Below, in pieces: positions 50,413-59,066 of a stretch of DNA of 64,000 nt. The notes under the pieces were generated by a model. That model was not told where the DNA came from, searched no databases, and worked only from the letters and a program-made list of their open reading frames with translations. Both the position numbers and the translations under genes were made by a program. Each line of letters begins with the position of its first letter. Positions within the stretch are counted from its first letter, which is position 1. The stretch comes from an uncultured delta proteobacterium (lineage in GTDB: Bacteria > Desulfobacterota > Zymogenia > Zymogenales > Zymogenaceae): the NCBI GenBank assembly GCA_963792965.1, contig CAWBYW010000005.1, forward strand, positions 1 to 64,000, given 5' to 3'.

Positions 50413-51615
50413 TTACTTTTTCTTCGCTTCCCAGCCCATAGGGGGGGTGCTTGAGGTCAGGAGTCCGCCGTAGAACTGGTCATTGCCGGCATAGCCCCCT
50501 TCCATCTTGAGGAACAACATATTACCGAGCCGATCCTTCTCTGTGCCGGGAACCGTTGCCGGGTCGATCTTAGCGTCGATCGCGCTCAACGTCATGCTGA
50601 ACCGACCCCCCTCGTCGATTCTCGCCACGGCCTCATCGGTTACCGGAAAGGGGCTTTCCACCGCGTAGGTCGTCTTGCCGTTCACCGTCCTGAGGTACTT
50701 GACGTAACCCGGGGCGTACTCAATCTTTAGCTGATATTTCCCGACCTCGGCGCTGCTCGACGAAATATCGACGACCACGTCATGGACGTTTCTCCCGTCG
50801 ACAAAAAGGGTTACCCCGACGTAGGAGATGTCCCCCGCCTTCGTCGTATACTTCATCTCGCCCGAATAGCTCCCCGTAAGGTCGGGCCCGACGACGATTT
50901 TCGACGGCAGGCGATACTCATAGACATCGGTTAGGGTAACGTTTTCGATACCCGCGAAACGAGCAAGTATCGTCTGTCTCTCCATATAGAGGTAAACGGC
51001 CAACAATAAGAAGACTATCACGAGCCCGATTCTGAAAATGGGGCTCTGCGTCACGTGCCGCCGTTCTTTCCGGTCCGCATAGAGCGCCTTCATCTTCTGG
51101 AAATGTTCTTCGTCCATGCCGCGGCTTTGGGCGATTGTATAGATCTGTTTGGCCTCGTATTTACCCGCGATCTTTCGCTCGGGAGGGAGCGTAGCGGGAG
51201 GCCGGTCCTCTTCCCCCGGAGAAGGGGTAAAATCGTATACGGTGGAAGATGGTAAACCCGCTTCGGTGCCGGTCCGTGTCATGCTCACCAGCTCATCCTG
51301 GGACTCGCCGTGGCCGTGCACGAGCCAGGACTGATCACCCTCATCGGCGGCGGGCTCCGGGGCTGGTATCGGCTCGGGTTGCTGCATCGTCTCGCGTCGG
51401 AGGCTCACCTGCCCGCCCATCCTCTTGATCTCAATCCCAATCAGCTTCGCCTTATCGGCATCGTAGCTCCCGATCTTGCCGGGAAGTCTCCGACTCAGGG
51501 CCAGGAGCTTGGGTTCGGGTATCCCGAATCGAGCGGAAAATCTGCCGACAAACTCGCCCACTTCCTCGGACGAATTTCCCATTGAGACGATATAGACAGT
51601 TACCTTGTCCAACAT
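50413..51615 (-). CDS. Hypothetical single-TM protein
   Basis: Long ORF; compact N-domain, Pro/acidic linker, TM FRIGLVIVFLLLAVYLY, beta-rich C-domain. Confidence 0.7.
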   Translation of the reverse strand: MLDKVTVYIVSMGNSSEEVGEFVGRFSARFGIPEPKLLALSRRLPGKIGSYDADKAKLIGIEIKRMGGQVSLRRETMQQPEPIPAPEPAADEGDQSWLVHGHGESQDELVSMTRTGTEAGLPSSTVYDFTPSPGEEDRPPATLPPERKIAGKYEAKQIYTIAQSRGMDEEHFQKMKALYADRKERRHVTQSPIFRIGLVIVFLLLAVYLYMERQTILARFAGIENVTLTDVYEYRLPSKIVVGPDLTGSYSGEMKYTTKAGDISYVGVTLFVDGRNVHDVVVDISSSSAEVGKYQLKIEYAPGYVKYLRTVNGKTTYAVESPFPVTDEAVARIDEGGRFSMTLSAIDAKIDPATVPGTEKDRLGNMLFLKMEGGYAGNDQFYGGLLTSSTPPMGWEAKKK

Positions 51616-51726
51616 CTTTTCACCAGATAAAAGGCCGCGTCCTCTTTGTCTTTCATCCTATGATGTATCGCATTACATGTCAAGCGCCCGTTTCCGGACA
51701 ACATCCGTATTGCGCCCGGCGTCGCT

Positions 51727-52401
51727 TCAAGGGAGGAAAAAAAGTGGGTTGAGGGCAATACCGTGATAGCGGATCTCGAAGTGGCAGTGGGGACCGGTGC
51801 ACCTGCCGGTGCAGCCGACATAACCGATGATCTGGCCGGTCTTCACGATGTCCCCCTCCTTCACGACCGTCTCGCTCAGGTGAGCGTAGCGCGTCGAGAA
51901 ATCATCGTCGTGCTTTATCTCCACCGTATTCCCATAGCCCCCGTAGTCCTCTTTCCTTCCCGCGACGACCACCACCCCTTCTTTTGCCGCCACGATCGGC
52001 GTCCCCCTCGGGGCAGATATGTCCACCCCTTCGTGGAGCCTTCCCCAGCGGGGCCCGTAGAGCGAGAATATCATGCCTTGCACGGGCCAAATGAAGATGC
52101 CCTTTCGAATCTTCTCCGTCAGCTCCTCTGGCGTTAACGGGGGCACCACGAGCAGCTTGGTTGCCCCGGGGATGAACAACGTGTCTCCGGTGGAAATATC
52201 CTCGGGGTTGTAGATCCCGTTGACCTCCGCAACGACTCTCGGGTCTGCCCGGTAGGTTCTGCTGATCCTCCAGATGTCCTCACCCGGCCCCACGGTATGG
52301 AAGACGCCCCTCCCTTCAGGCAGCAGCGTCGTACAAGCCGAAAGGAAGAATAATGGTATAATGAGCAGATAGCTCAGGGATCTATAGGCAGAATTCTTCA
52401 C
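51727..52401 (-). CDS. LysM + M23 peptidase lipoprotein (NlpD-like)
   Basis: Lipobox LSAC; HTVGPGEDIWRIS; WPVQG; HEGVD; YAHL; TGPHCHFE. Confidence 0.92.
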   Translation of the reverse strand: MKNSAYRSLSYLLIIPLFFLSACTTLLPEGRGVFHTVGPGEDIWRISRTYRADPRVVAEVNGIYNPEDISTGDTLFIPGATKLLVVPPLTPEELTEKIRKGIFIWPVQGMIFSLYGPRWGRLHEGVDISAPRGTPIVAAKEGVVVVAGRKEDYGGYGNTVEIKHDDDFSTRYAHLSETVVKEGDIVKTGQIIGYVGCTGRCTGPHCHFEIRYHGIALNPLFFLP

Positions 52402-52482
52402 ACCATGTCCATCACAGGTTCGAAACCCACGCCGCCCCGGAATTCCCCCTTTCTGTGTGGGGTACGTCCAGCCATATCACGA

Positions 52483-53814
52483 TCACTCGAGCCGCGCCCC
52501 GTCTTTCTTCAGCCGGTCGCGCAGTTGGTTGACGTCTATCTCAGCTATTTTATGGCCGCCCTGAATCGCAAGGGCCGACGCCATTCCCGCGGCCTGCCCC
52601 TCGGCCATGCAGACTCCCATCACGCGGGCCGACGCCAGCGCCCCGTGATCCATCGAGATGGCCCTTCCGGTGACGAAAAGGTTATCGACCTCGTTGGGAA
52701 GCAGGCTGCGGTAGGGGACGCCGTAGTAGTGCCCCTCCTCGAGGAAGACCATGGTCGGGCCCGCGGCGTCTTCCCATTTTTCCAGCGGCCAGGACGAGAG
52801 GCACACGGCATCGTCGGACTTCTTTCCGGAAAGTACGTCTTCTTCCGTCAAGACGTATTTCCCCACGATACGCCGTGTCTCCCGTATACCGACCTGGACG
52901 GCCGTGTCGGCAAGGAAGGCGTTTTCAAAACCCGGGATCTCGTTGGTGAGGAACGATACGGCGGCCTCGGCGTCGCCCCTCCCCCTGATCTCGGCGTAGG
53001 TGATGTCGGCAATAGTGCTCCCGTCCAGCGCGCGGCCGCCCCTCTCAAGCGACGAGAGTTTGACCATCGCCTCGCCCCGCCGGAAGGTTGGGATGACCAA
53101 CCCCTGACCTACGGTAAGGGGATAGGTCTTCTTCTCTATGGCCTGCGCTATTCTTTCGTTGAGGATGTCCATACCCTTCTGCTGGTACGCGATCAGATCG
53201 ATCCCCTGGACAAAGAACATCATGGTCGGGTTCATGACGAGTCCCGAAAAGTCGCCCTTTTTAGTCTTTACCCCTGCGGCCAGCGCCACGGCGGCGTCTC
53301 CGGTGGCGTCGACGTAGATGTCTCCGACAACGGCCGACAACCCCTCGGGGCTTGCCACGAGGAGTGCCCTGATCTCTGTTCCCGAGACGACGACATCGGC
53401 CACATAGCTGTGCAGCATCGGGGTGATCTTCTTTTCCCCAGCAATCAACTCGTCACAGAGTCGCTTCATATGCCAGGGGTTATAGAGGAGGGCGGTAAAA
53501 CCCTGACGGATGAACGGGCCGAACGCCCCGCCTCGTTTGACGAGGGCGTCGGTCAGCTCCTTGGCGAAACCCTCGATAATATACTCGATACGATCCGGGT
53601 GATGGAGGTAGATGCCGCAGATAGTGCCCACCGAGCTCGCGGTGGCGAGGCCGCCGAAAAAGCCGTACCGCTCTATCAGGATAACCGAAAGTCCGTTCCG
53701 GGCTGCCGTGAGCGCGCAGGCCAGGCCCGACGGCCCCGCACCTGCCACCACCACGTCGGCCTTCCCGATGAGGGGGACATCTCTGCTCGGAACCTCAACA
53801 CGCGTTCCTTTCAT
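52483..53814 (-). CDS. FAD-dependent oxidoreductase (FAD_oxidored family)
   Basis: VVVAGAGPSG, DATGDA, GIRETRRIVG, VPYRSLLP, GRAIS, EGQAAG. Confidence 0.9.
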   Translation of the reverse strand: MKGTRVEVPSRDVPLIGKADVVVAGAGPSGLACALTAARNGLSVILIERYGFFGGLATASSVGTICGIYLHHPDRIEYIIEGFAKELTDALVKRGGAFGPFIRQGFTALLYNPWHMKRLCDELIAGEKKITPMLHSYVADVVVSGTEIRALLVASPEGLSAVVGDIYVDATGDAAVALAAGVKTKKGDFSGLVMNPTMMFFVQGIDLIAYQQKGMDILNERIAQAIEKKTYPLTVGQGLVIPTFRRGEAMVKLSSLERGGRALDGSTIADITYAEIRGRGDAEAAVSFLTNEIPGFENAFLADTAVQVGIRETRRIVGKYVLTEEDVLSGKKSDDAVCLSSWPLEKWEDAAGPTMVFLEEGHYYGVPYRSLLPNEVDNLFVTGRAISMDHGALASARVMGVCMAEGQAAGMASALAIQGGHKIAEIDVNQLRDRLKKDGARLE

Positions 53815-53827
53815 AACATCCTCCAAA

Positions 53828-54871
53828 TCACGGGATATCCCTCATCAATGTGCCTAAATACTCGTTCTGCCGATATTCCGTGTGAGGGAGCTTGGGGGTC
53901 TGTATAAGGTGCTTTCTTAGATTTGCCTTATCAAAATCGACCACCATCGCAAGGCGTGTCCCGGAGCGGACAATGGGTTGATGACTGACGCCGGTGACGA
54001 TCCCGGAAAGCGGCGAGGGGATATCACGTGAATCGAAGCTCGTGGGGTCGATGATATCGCCTATCGTGCTTCCTTCTCGGACGAAGTGCCCGAGGGTGAC
54101 GGCGGGCTTGAAGATTCCACCGATGGGGCTCCTGATCCATGCCTCGTTGGAGGCAAGGAGTATCTGTCTGTCCGGGACCTGGGCGGTCCCCTTGATCATC
54201 CCGAGGACGGTCATCACGTTCTTGGCGGCCGTGGTTCCTACCAGAACATCGGTCCTTGTGATCATTCCGGCGGCCCCGATCTCGATAGTGACGCAGGGGA
54301 TCCCGATTTTAAACGCCTCGGTCTGGAGCATCCCCTTGATGGACGGTCCTTTCCAGACGGCGTTGATGCCCGTGGATGCTACCTGTGCCAGAAACTGCTT
54401 TGTTGGACGCTCAACGCGCACTCTGATATGGGGGATCAGCTCGTCGGGAAATTCGGCGGAGTGGATGTCGAGAATATAATCGGCCCGGCGGACAAAGGTA
54501 AGAAAAAAGCGGTGGGCGATCCGCTCGGTCATCGTTCCTTCCGGGTCGCCGGGGAAAACGCGGTTCATGTCGACGTTGTCATAAGGGTCCCAGCGCAGCC
54601 CGGAGTTGAAGGCCATGGGGTTGACAATCGGAACGGCAAGGAGGTTTCCCGAAAGGGCCCCGGGATCGATCTCGTCGACGATCTTACGCACGACTTCCAC
54701 GCCGACCACCTCGTTGCCGTGTACCGCGGCGTTCAACAACAACGTCGGCCCTTTACGATTCCCCCACAGTCCGAAATAGTGCAGGCATATCTCCTGGCGG
54801 TTGGCACTCTCTGCGATAGTGAATCGTCCGGATACTCTCTTACCGGATTGGTAGCTCAGATCGTCGAACAC
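53828..54871 (-). CDS. Succinylglutamate desuccinylase/aspartoacylase (M14) family
   Basis: AVHGNE, DMNRVFPG, LDIHS, TIEIG; biotinyl-like C-terminal domain. Confidence 0.9.
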   Translation of the reverse strand: MFDDLSYQSGKRVSGRFTIAESANRQEICLHYFGLWGNRKGPTLLLNAAVHGNEVVGVEVVRKIVDEIDPGALSGNLLAVPIVNPMAFNSGLRWDPYDNVDMNRVFPGDPEGTMTERIAHRFFLTFVRRADYILDIHSAEFPDELIPHIRVRVERPTKQFLAQVASTGINAVWKGPSIKGMLQTEAFKIGIPCVTIEIGAAGMITRTDVLVGTTAAKNVMTVLGMIKGTAQVPDRQILLASNEAWIRSPIGGIFKPAVTLGHFVREGSTIGDIIDPTSFDSRDIPSPLSGIVTGVSHQPIVRSGTRLAMVVDFDKANLRKHLIQTPKLPHTEYRQNEYLGTLMRDIP

Positions 54872-55895
54872 GGGCCTTGTTCTCCTTCACGACCTTGATC
54901 AATCTATCACGGGTCGTGCGTGAGTCGTCGAAAATGGGGACCTTCATTCGCTCGGCCGCTTCTTCCATGAAGAGCGGCATCGAGCTGATAATCCCCGAGA
55001 TATAGTCCGGGACGAGGGCGTGCGCCTTCTTGAGATAGGTGACCATTCCGTACGCGGAGACGCTGTCGGTCGCACATGCGATGATCATCCTGACGTTCGC
55101 CATGATTTTCTTCGAGGAAAGGACGAGCTCGACCTCACGCTGGAACACCCCGTCGGCCGCCTCCATGACTATGGTCCGGGCGCCTCGATCGCCAAGATAC
55201 CCCGTGAGCGCCTCGAAAATACGTTCGAGATCACTCTGAGAACAGCCCGAGGTGGAAGGGTAGCCCACATCAAGGAAGTCCGCGACATCGACGGCATGAG
55301 CGCCCTTCATCTTGAAGAGATCTTTCATTCGAGAGGTACCTGTCAGTTTGGCCCCTCCGACGGGAAAATCGGCAGCGGACAGTATCTGGATGGCAAAGGC
55401 GGCGCTCGTCGTCTTTCCCGAATCCATGGACGATCCAACGACCAGGATTACACCAGGGGCGGCGCCCCGCCGCTGCGCCGCGATCGGGGAGTCGAAGGTC
55501 GAGAGTCTCTTTCCCGAGCCGTCCACCGCGTGGCCGAGGTAGCCCAGCACCGTGGGACCGGAGGCCGCGCTCGTCCGGGGGATCACATGCCCCGCCACGC
55601 CGCCCGTATTGAGAAGATCGAAGCTATCGCCTTCTTTCAGTCTGGCCGGTACTTCGCCGTGAAACTCGGCGGTGGAATAGCGGCTCCCAAGGACGACGGC
55701 GCAGATAGTGCCCGGAGACAACGGATGCTCCGTCCCGACCGCATCCTCTATCGCCCGGTGTCGGCCTACCGACAGGACCCTCGCGAGGACGACATCCCCC
55801 ACCATCGGAGCACCGTCGATCGAGCACGCCTCCTGCTCAAGGGAGATCGCGGTCCTCCTCGTTGCCGAGCTGGCAACAGCGATCGAAAACTTCAT
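54840..55895 (-). CDS. DUF1611-like P-loop protein (DgcN-related)
   Basis: GDVVLARV, GSRYST, LLNTGGVAG, GSSMDSGKTT, KLTGT, DFLDVGYPST, EAADGVFQRE. Confidence 0.75.
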   Translation of the reverse strand: MKFSIAVASSATRRTAISLEQEACSIDGAPMVGDVVLARVLSVGRHRAIEDAVGTEHPLSPGTICAVVLGSRYSTAEFHGEVPARLKEGDSFDLLNTGGVAGHVIPRTSAASGPTVLGYLGHAVDGSGKRLSTFDSPIAAQRRGAAPGVILVVGSSMDSGKTTSAAFAIQILSAADFPVGGAKLTGTSRMKDLFKMKGAHAVDVADFLDVGYPSTSGCSQSDLERIFEALTGYLGDRGARTIVMEAADGVFQREVELVLSSKKIMANVRMIIACATDSVSAYGMVTYLKKAHALVPDYISGIISSMPLFMEEAAERMKVPIFDDSRTTRDRLIKVVKENKARVRRSELPIR

Positions 55896-56168
55896 TTTGA
55901 GATGGTAATATATTTAATACCGATTTACAAGAAAAAGAAACGAGACCGGGACAAAAGCGCTCAACCCTTAAATGCGGCCTATCGTCCCAAATTCCTTGAC
56001 TTCTTAGACGATCTGCCTATAAGATAATTAAGTTTCTTTCACCCATGCCCGATCTGGCACGGCCGGGATACGTGACCGCGCCGGGGCGCCGTGAATCAAA
56101 CAGCACAGAGGAGATCGATAGCTGCTATCGCTCTGTTCCACCAAGAGCGCACGTAGAGTGAGCACTCA

Positions 56169-57242
56169 ATGGACAAAACCGAAAAGATAAGATTTGCGAT
56201 TGTCGGTTGCGGACGGATCAGTGACCTCCACGCCCGGGCCTATGAGGGATCCCCGGATGCCGAGATCTTCGCCGTCTGCGACGTCGACGAGGAGCGGGCG
56301 CGCCGGAAAAAAGAGGAGTGGGGCGCCGCGAAGGTCTATTCCGATTACGAAAAACTCCTGGCCGATCCCGAGATCGAGGCCCTCAAGCTCCTCGTCCCCC
56401 ACCATCTGCACGCCGAGATGACGATTGCCGCCGCGCAGTCTAAGAAACACGTGAGCGTCCAGAAACCGATGGCAACCTCCGTCACCGAAGCGCGGTCGAT
56501 GATCGCCGCCGCCAAAAAGAACGGTGTCCTGTTGAAGGTCTTCGAAAACTTCGTCTTTTATCCCCCATACGTAAGAGCAAGAGAGCTCGTAGCCTCAGGC
56601 GCCATCGGGAGGCTCATCACGGTGAGGATGAAGATGATCTCCGCCGGACACGGAGGGTGGACGGTCCCGGGCGAGTCCTGACTCTGGCGTCTGGACAAGG
56701 CAAAATCGGGGGGCGGGATTATCATCTTCGACGACGGCTATCGTAAGTTCTCTCAGGCCTACGACATCGGGGGAGAGGTCGAGAAGGTGTTTGCCTGGAT
56801 CGACTATACCGACACGGTAGTTGACGCCCCATCCTTCGTCCTTTGGAAATACCGGGAGGGCGTCGCGGCGCGCTACGGGCAGTACGACATGACGTTTGCC
56901 CCCAACCTCTTCATCAACTCACGCTACTACCCCGCCGACGACAGAATGGAGCTCGTCGGGAGCGAAGGTATCATCTGGATCAACAGATTCCACGGTAATA
57001 TGCTCCAGGAGCCGTCGCTCGTGCTCTACCGGGAAGGAGAGACACGATCGTTTGAAGCGCTCAGAGACGACTGGGGCAACTCCTTTATCGACTCCGGGCG
57101 CGACTTCTTCCGCTGTATCAAAGAAGAAAGAGAGCCCACGCTTTCAGGTGAGGTCGGCCTCAAGGTTCTCCAGTTCTCGCTGGCCCCGGAGATATCGAGC
57201 CGCGAGAAGCGCGAGGTCGAGCCGTCTACGATCGACCTCTAG
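56169..57242 (+). CDS. Gfo/Idh/MocA oxidoreductase interrupted by an in-frame TGA at 56679-56681
   Basis: IVGCGRIS, PHHLH, VQKPM, then GES*LWRLDKAKSGGG..FDDG; the downstream ORF is in the same frame. Confidence 0.85.
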
Positions 57243-57332
57243 TGAGCACAAAAAGAAAAAAATCCTTTCCCCCGTATAACAAAAGTGGTATATATGATTG
57301 ATTTCAATGGCAACAGGAGGAATGATACGATT

Positions 57333-58397
57333 ATGAGAGAGATTGAGGTCGCCCTCGTGAGGGTGCCCGAACATAAAAAGGATAATAATGACGCGATCAG
57401 GGATAAGTTTTCCCATCTCATCGAGATGGCTGGGGGCCTTTCGTTCGTCAGCCGCGGCCAAAGCGTCCTCATAAAGCCGTCGGTAAACTCCGGCAGGCCC
57501 TACCCCGCCACGTCCGACCCTAAGATTATCTCGATGCTCATTGATCTGCTGGTGGAGAAGGCCCCGTCGGCGATTCTTGTCGCCGATAAATCCGCATTCT
57601 TCAGAAATACGAAGAAAACCTTCAAGTCTACGGGGATCGCCGCCGCCGTCACCGAGGCGGCGAAGAAATATCCCGAGATTCCTATCAAGCTCATTACCTT
57701 TGACGACTATATATATCGAGACCGTAACCTCCCCAAAGAGATTGAGGATAAGTGGGAGATCCTGCCCGACAAGTACCTCTTCAGGATGCCCAAGATGCTC
57801 TACGAGCCGGACCCCTATCTGAGACAGCAGAAGCTCCCGGCAAAGATCGATCATATCGTCGTGCTGGCAAACGTCAAGACGCATTTCCTGGCGGGCATCT
57901 CCATGGGGATGAAGAGCTACGTCGGTTTCATGGACAAACCGAGCCGCCGCCTCCTCCACAAGCTCCCTCGCAAGAACTTCCTCCGATTAGCAAAAATAGG
58001 ACCGTTCGACAAGGAACACCTCCAGGAGCGGATCGCCGAGATCCTGAGCCTTACCCCGCTCCCTAAGCTCGTAATCCTGGACGGACGTGAGCCGATCATC
58101 ACCGGCGGGCCGGACTCGAACAACCGGATACAACCGCTCCCCTCTATGAGAAAGAACCCGTACACCGGCGTGATGCTGGCGGGGCCGGACGTCGTCGCGG
58201 TGGACGCGGCGGGTGTCGCCCTCCTCAAGACCCAGAAGAGAGTCTCGCGATGGGTCAGAAAAAATTCGATCTGGGAGATGCCCACCTTTCGCCGGATGCG
58301 CGAGCTCTCCATAGGCGCCGTTCAGGCCGATAAGATTTATCTTCAGGCCGATAGTGATGACGAGCTTTTTACGGAGATGGCCTGGTTCCTTCAGTGA
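57333..58397 (+). CDS. DUF362 domain protein
   Basis: VLIKPSV..PATSDP, NVKTH, SMGMKS, LDGR..GGP, DVVAVDA. Confidence 0.82.
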   Translation: MREIEVALVRVPEHKKDNNDAIRDKFSHLIEMAGGLSFVSRGQSVLIKPSVNSGRPYPATSDPKIISMLIDLLVEKAPSAILVADKSAFFRNTKKTFKSTGIAAAVTEAAKKYPEIPIKLITFDDYIYRDRNLPKEIEDKWEILPDKYLFRMPKMLYEPDPYLRQQKLPAKIDHIVVLANVKTHFLAGISMGMKSYVGFMDKPSRRLLHKLPRKNFLRLAKIGPFDKEHLQERIAEILSLTPLPKLVILDGREPIITGGPDSNNRIQPLPSMRKNPYTGVMLAGPDVVAVDAAGVALLKTQKRVSRWVRKNSIWEMPTFRRMRELSIGAVQADKIYLQADSDDELFTEMAWFLQ

Positions 58398-58460
58398 GAA
58401 CCCGACCGCTCGTTTGAGGCCGCAGCATAGGTCCGTATGCGATCCGGGTAAGGATATGTC

Positions 58461-58991
58461 ATGAGTACGCTCGACATCATCATCATCGTCGTCGTCGGTG
58501 CAAGCTCCATCCTCAGCGCCATGAAGGGATTCATCCGGGATATCTTTTCGGTGATCGCCCTGATCACGGGAATCATCGTCGCCTTTTTCTTTTATGCCGA
58601 CGGCGCGCCTTATGTCGGTGCGGTCATCAATGAGCCCACGATCTCGCGGATCATCAGCTTTACCGTAATCTTTATTGCCGTATCAGCCGTCGTCTCAATC
58701 ATCGGCCACTTCCTCTCTCGGACGATCGCGGGCTCCGAACTCTCTCCCTATGATCGGGCTGCAGGCGCCTGTTTTGGCTTGTTAAAGGGGCTCGTCCTTA
58801 CCGCCGTCATACTCTTCTTCATTTCTATCTTCATGCCCGACGCGGTCAGCAAGTCAAGGCTTTCTGGGCCTATCCTGCGTGGCACCGACATTGCTGTCAA
58901 ACTCCTTCCCCAGGGCGTCAAAAAAAATATCGATGAAGCCCGAAAAGGCCTCCAGCAGATTAAGGCCGAAACAACGATTCCGAAAAAGTAA
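58461..58991 (+). CDS. cvpA: CvpA (colicin V production) family protein
   Basis: LDIIII...KGFIRD; DRAAGACFGLLKG; SRL. Confidence 0.88.
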   Translation: MSTLDIIIIVVVGASSILSAMKGFIRDIFSVIALITGIIVAFFFYADGAPYVGAVINEPTISRIISFTVIFIAVSAVVSIIGHFLSRTIAGSELSPYDRAAGACFGLLKGLVLTAVILFFISIFMPDAVSKSRLSGPILRGTDIAVKLLPQGVKKNIDEARKGLQQIKAETTIPKK

Positions 58992-59066
58992 CGGCGCTGC
59001 ATATATCCGATAAATCATCACCACTTTTCTTATCTGTAACCGTATCACTCAGACGGGAGGTCAATC

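Noticed and set aside
56169-57242. Alternative genetic code (TGA=Trp/Gly)
   Set aside because: Several genes here end in TGA at family-appropriate positions (e.g. 6315, 9497, 43339), and only one internal TGA was found.
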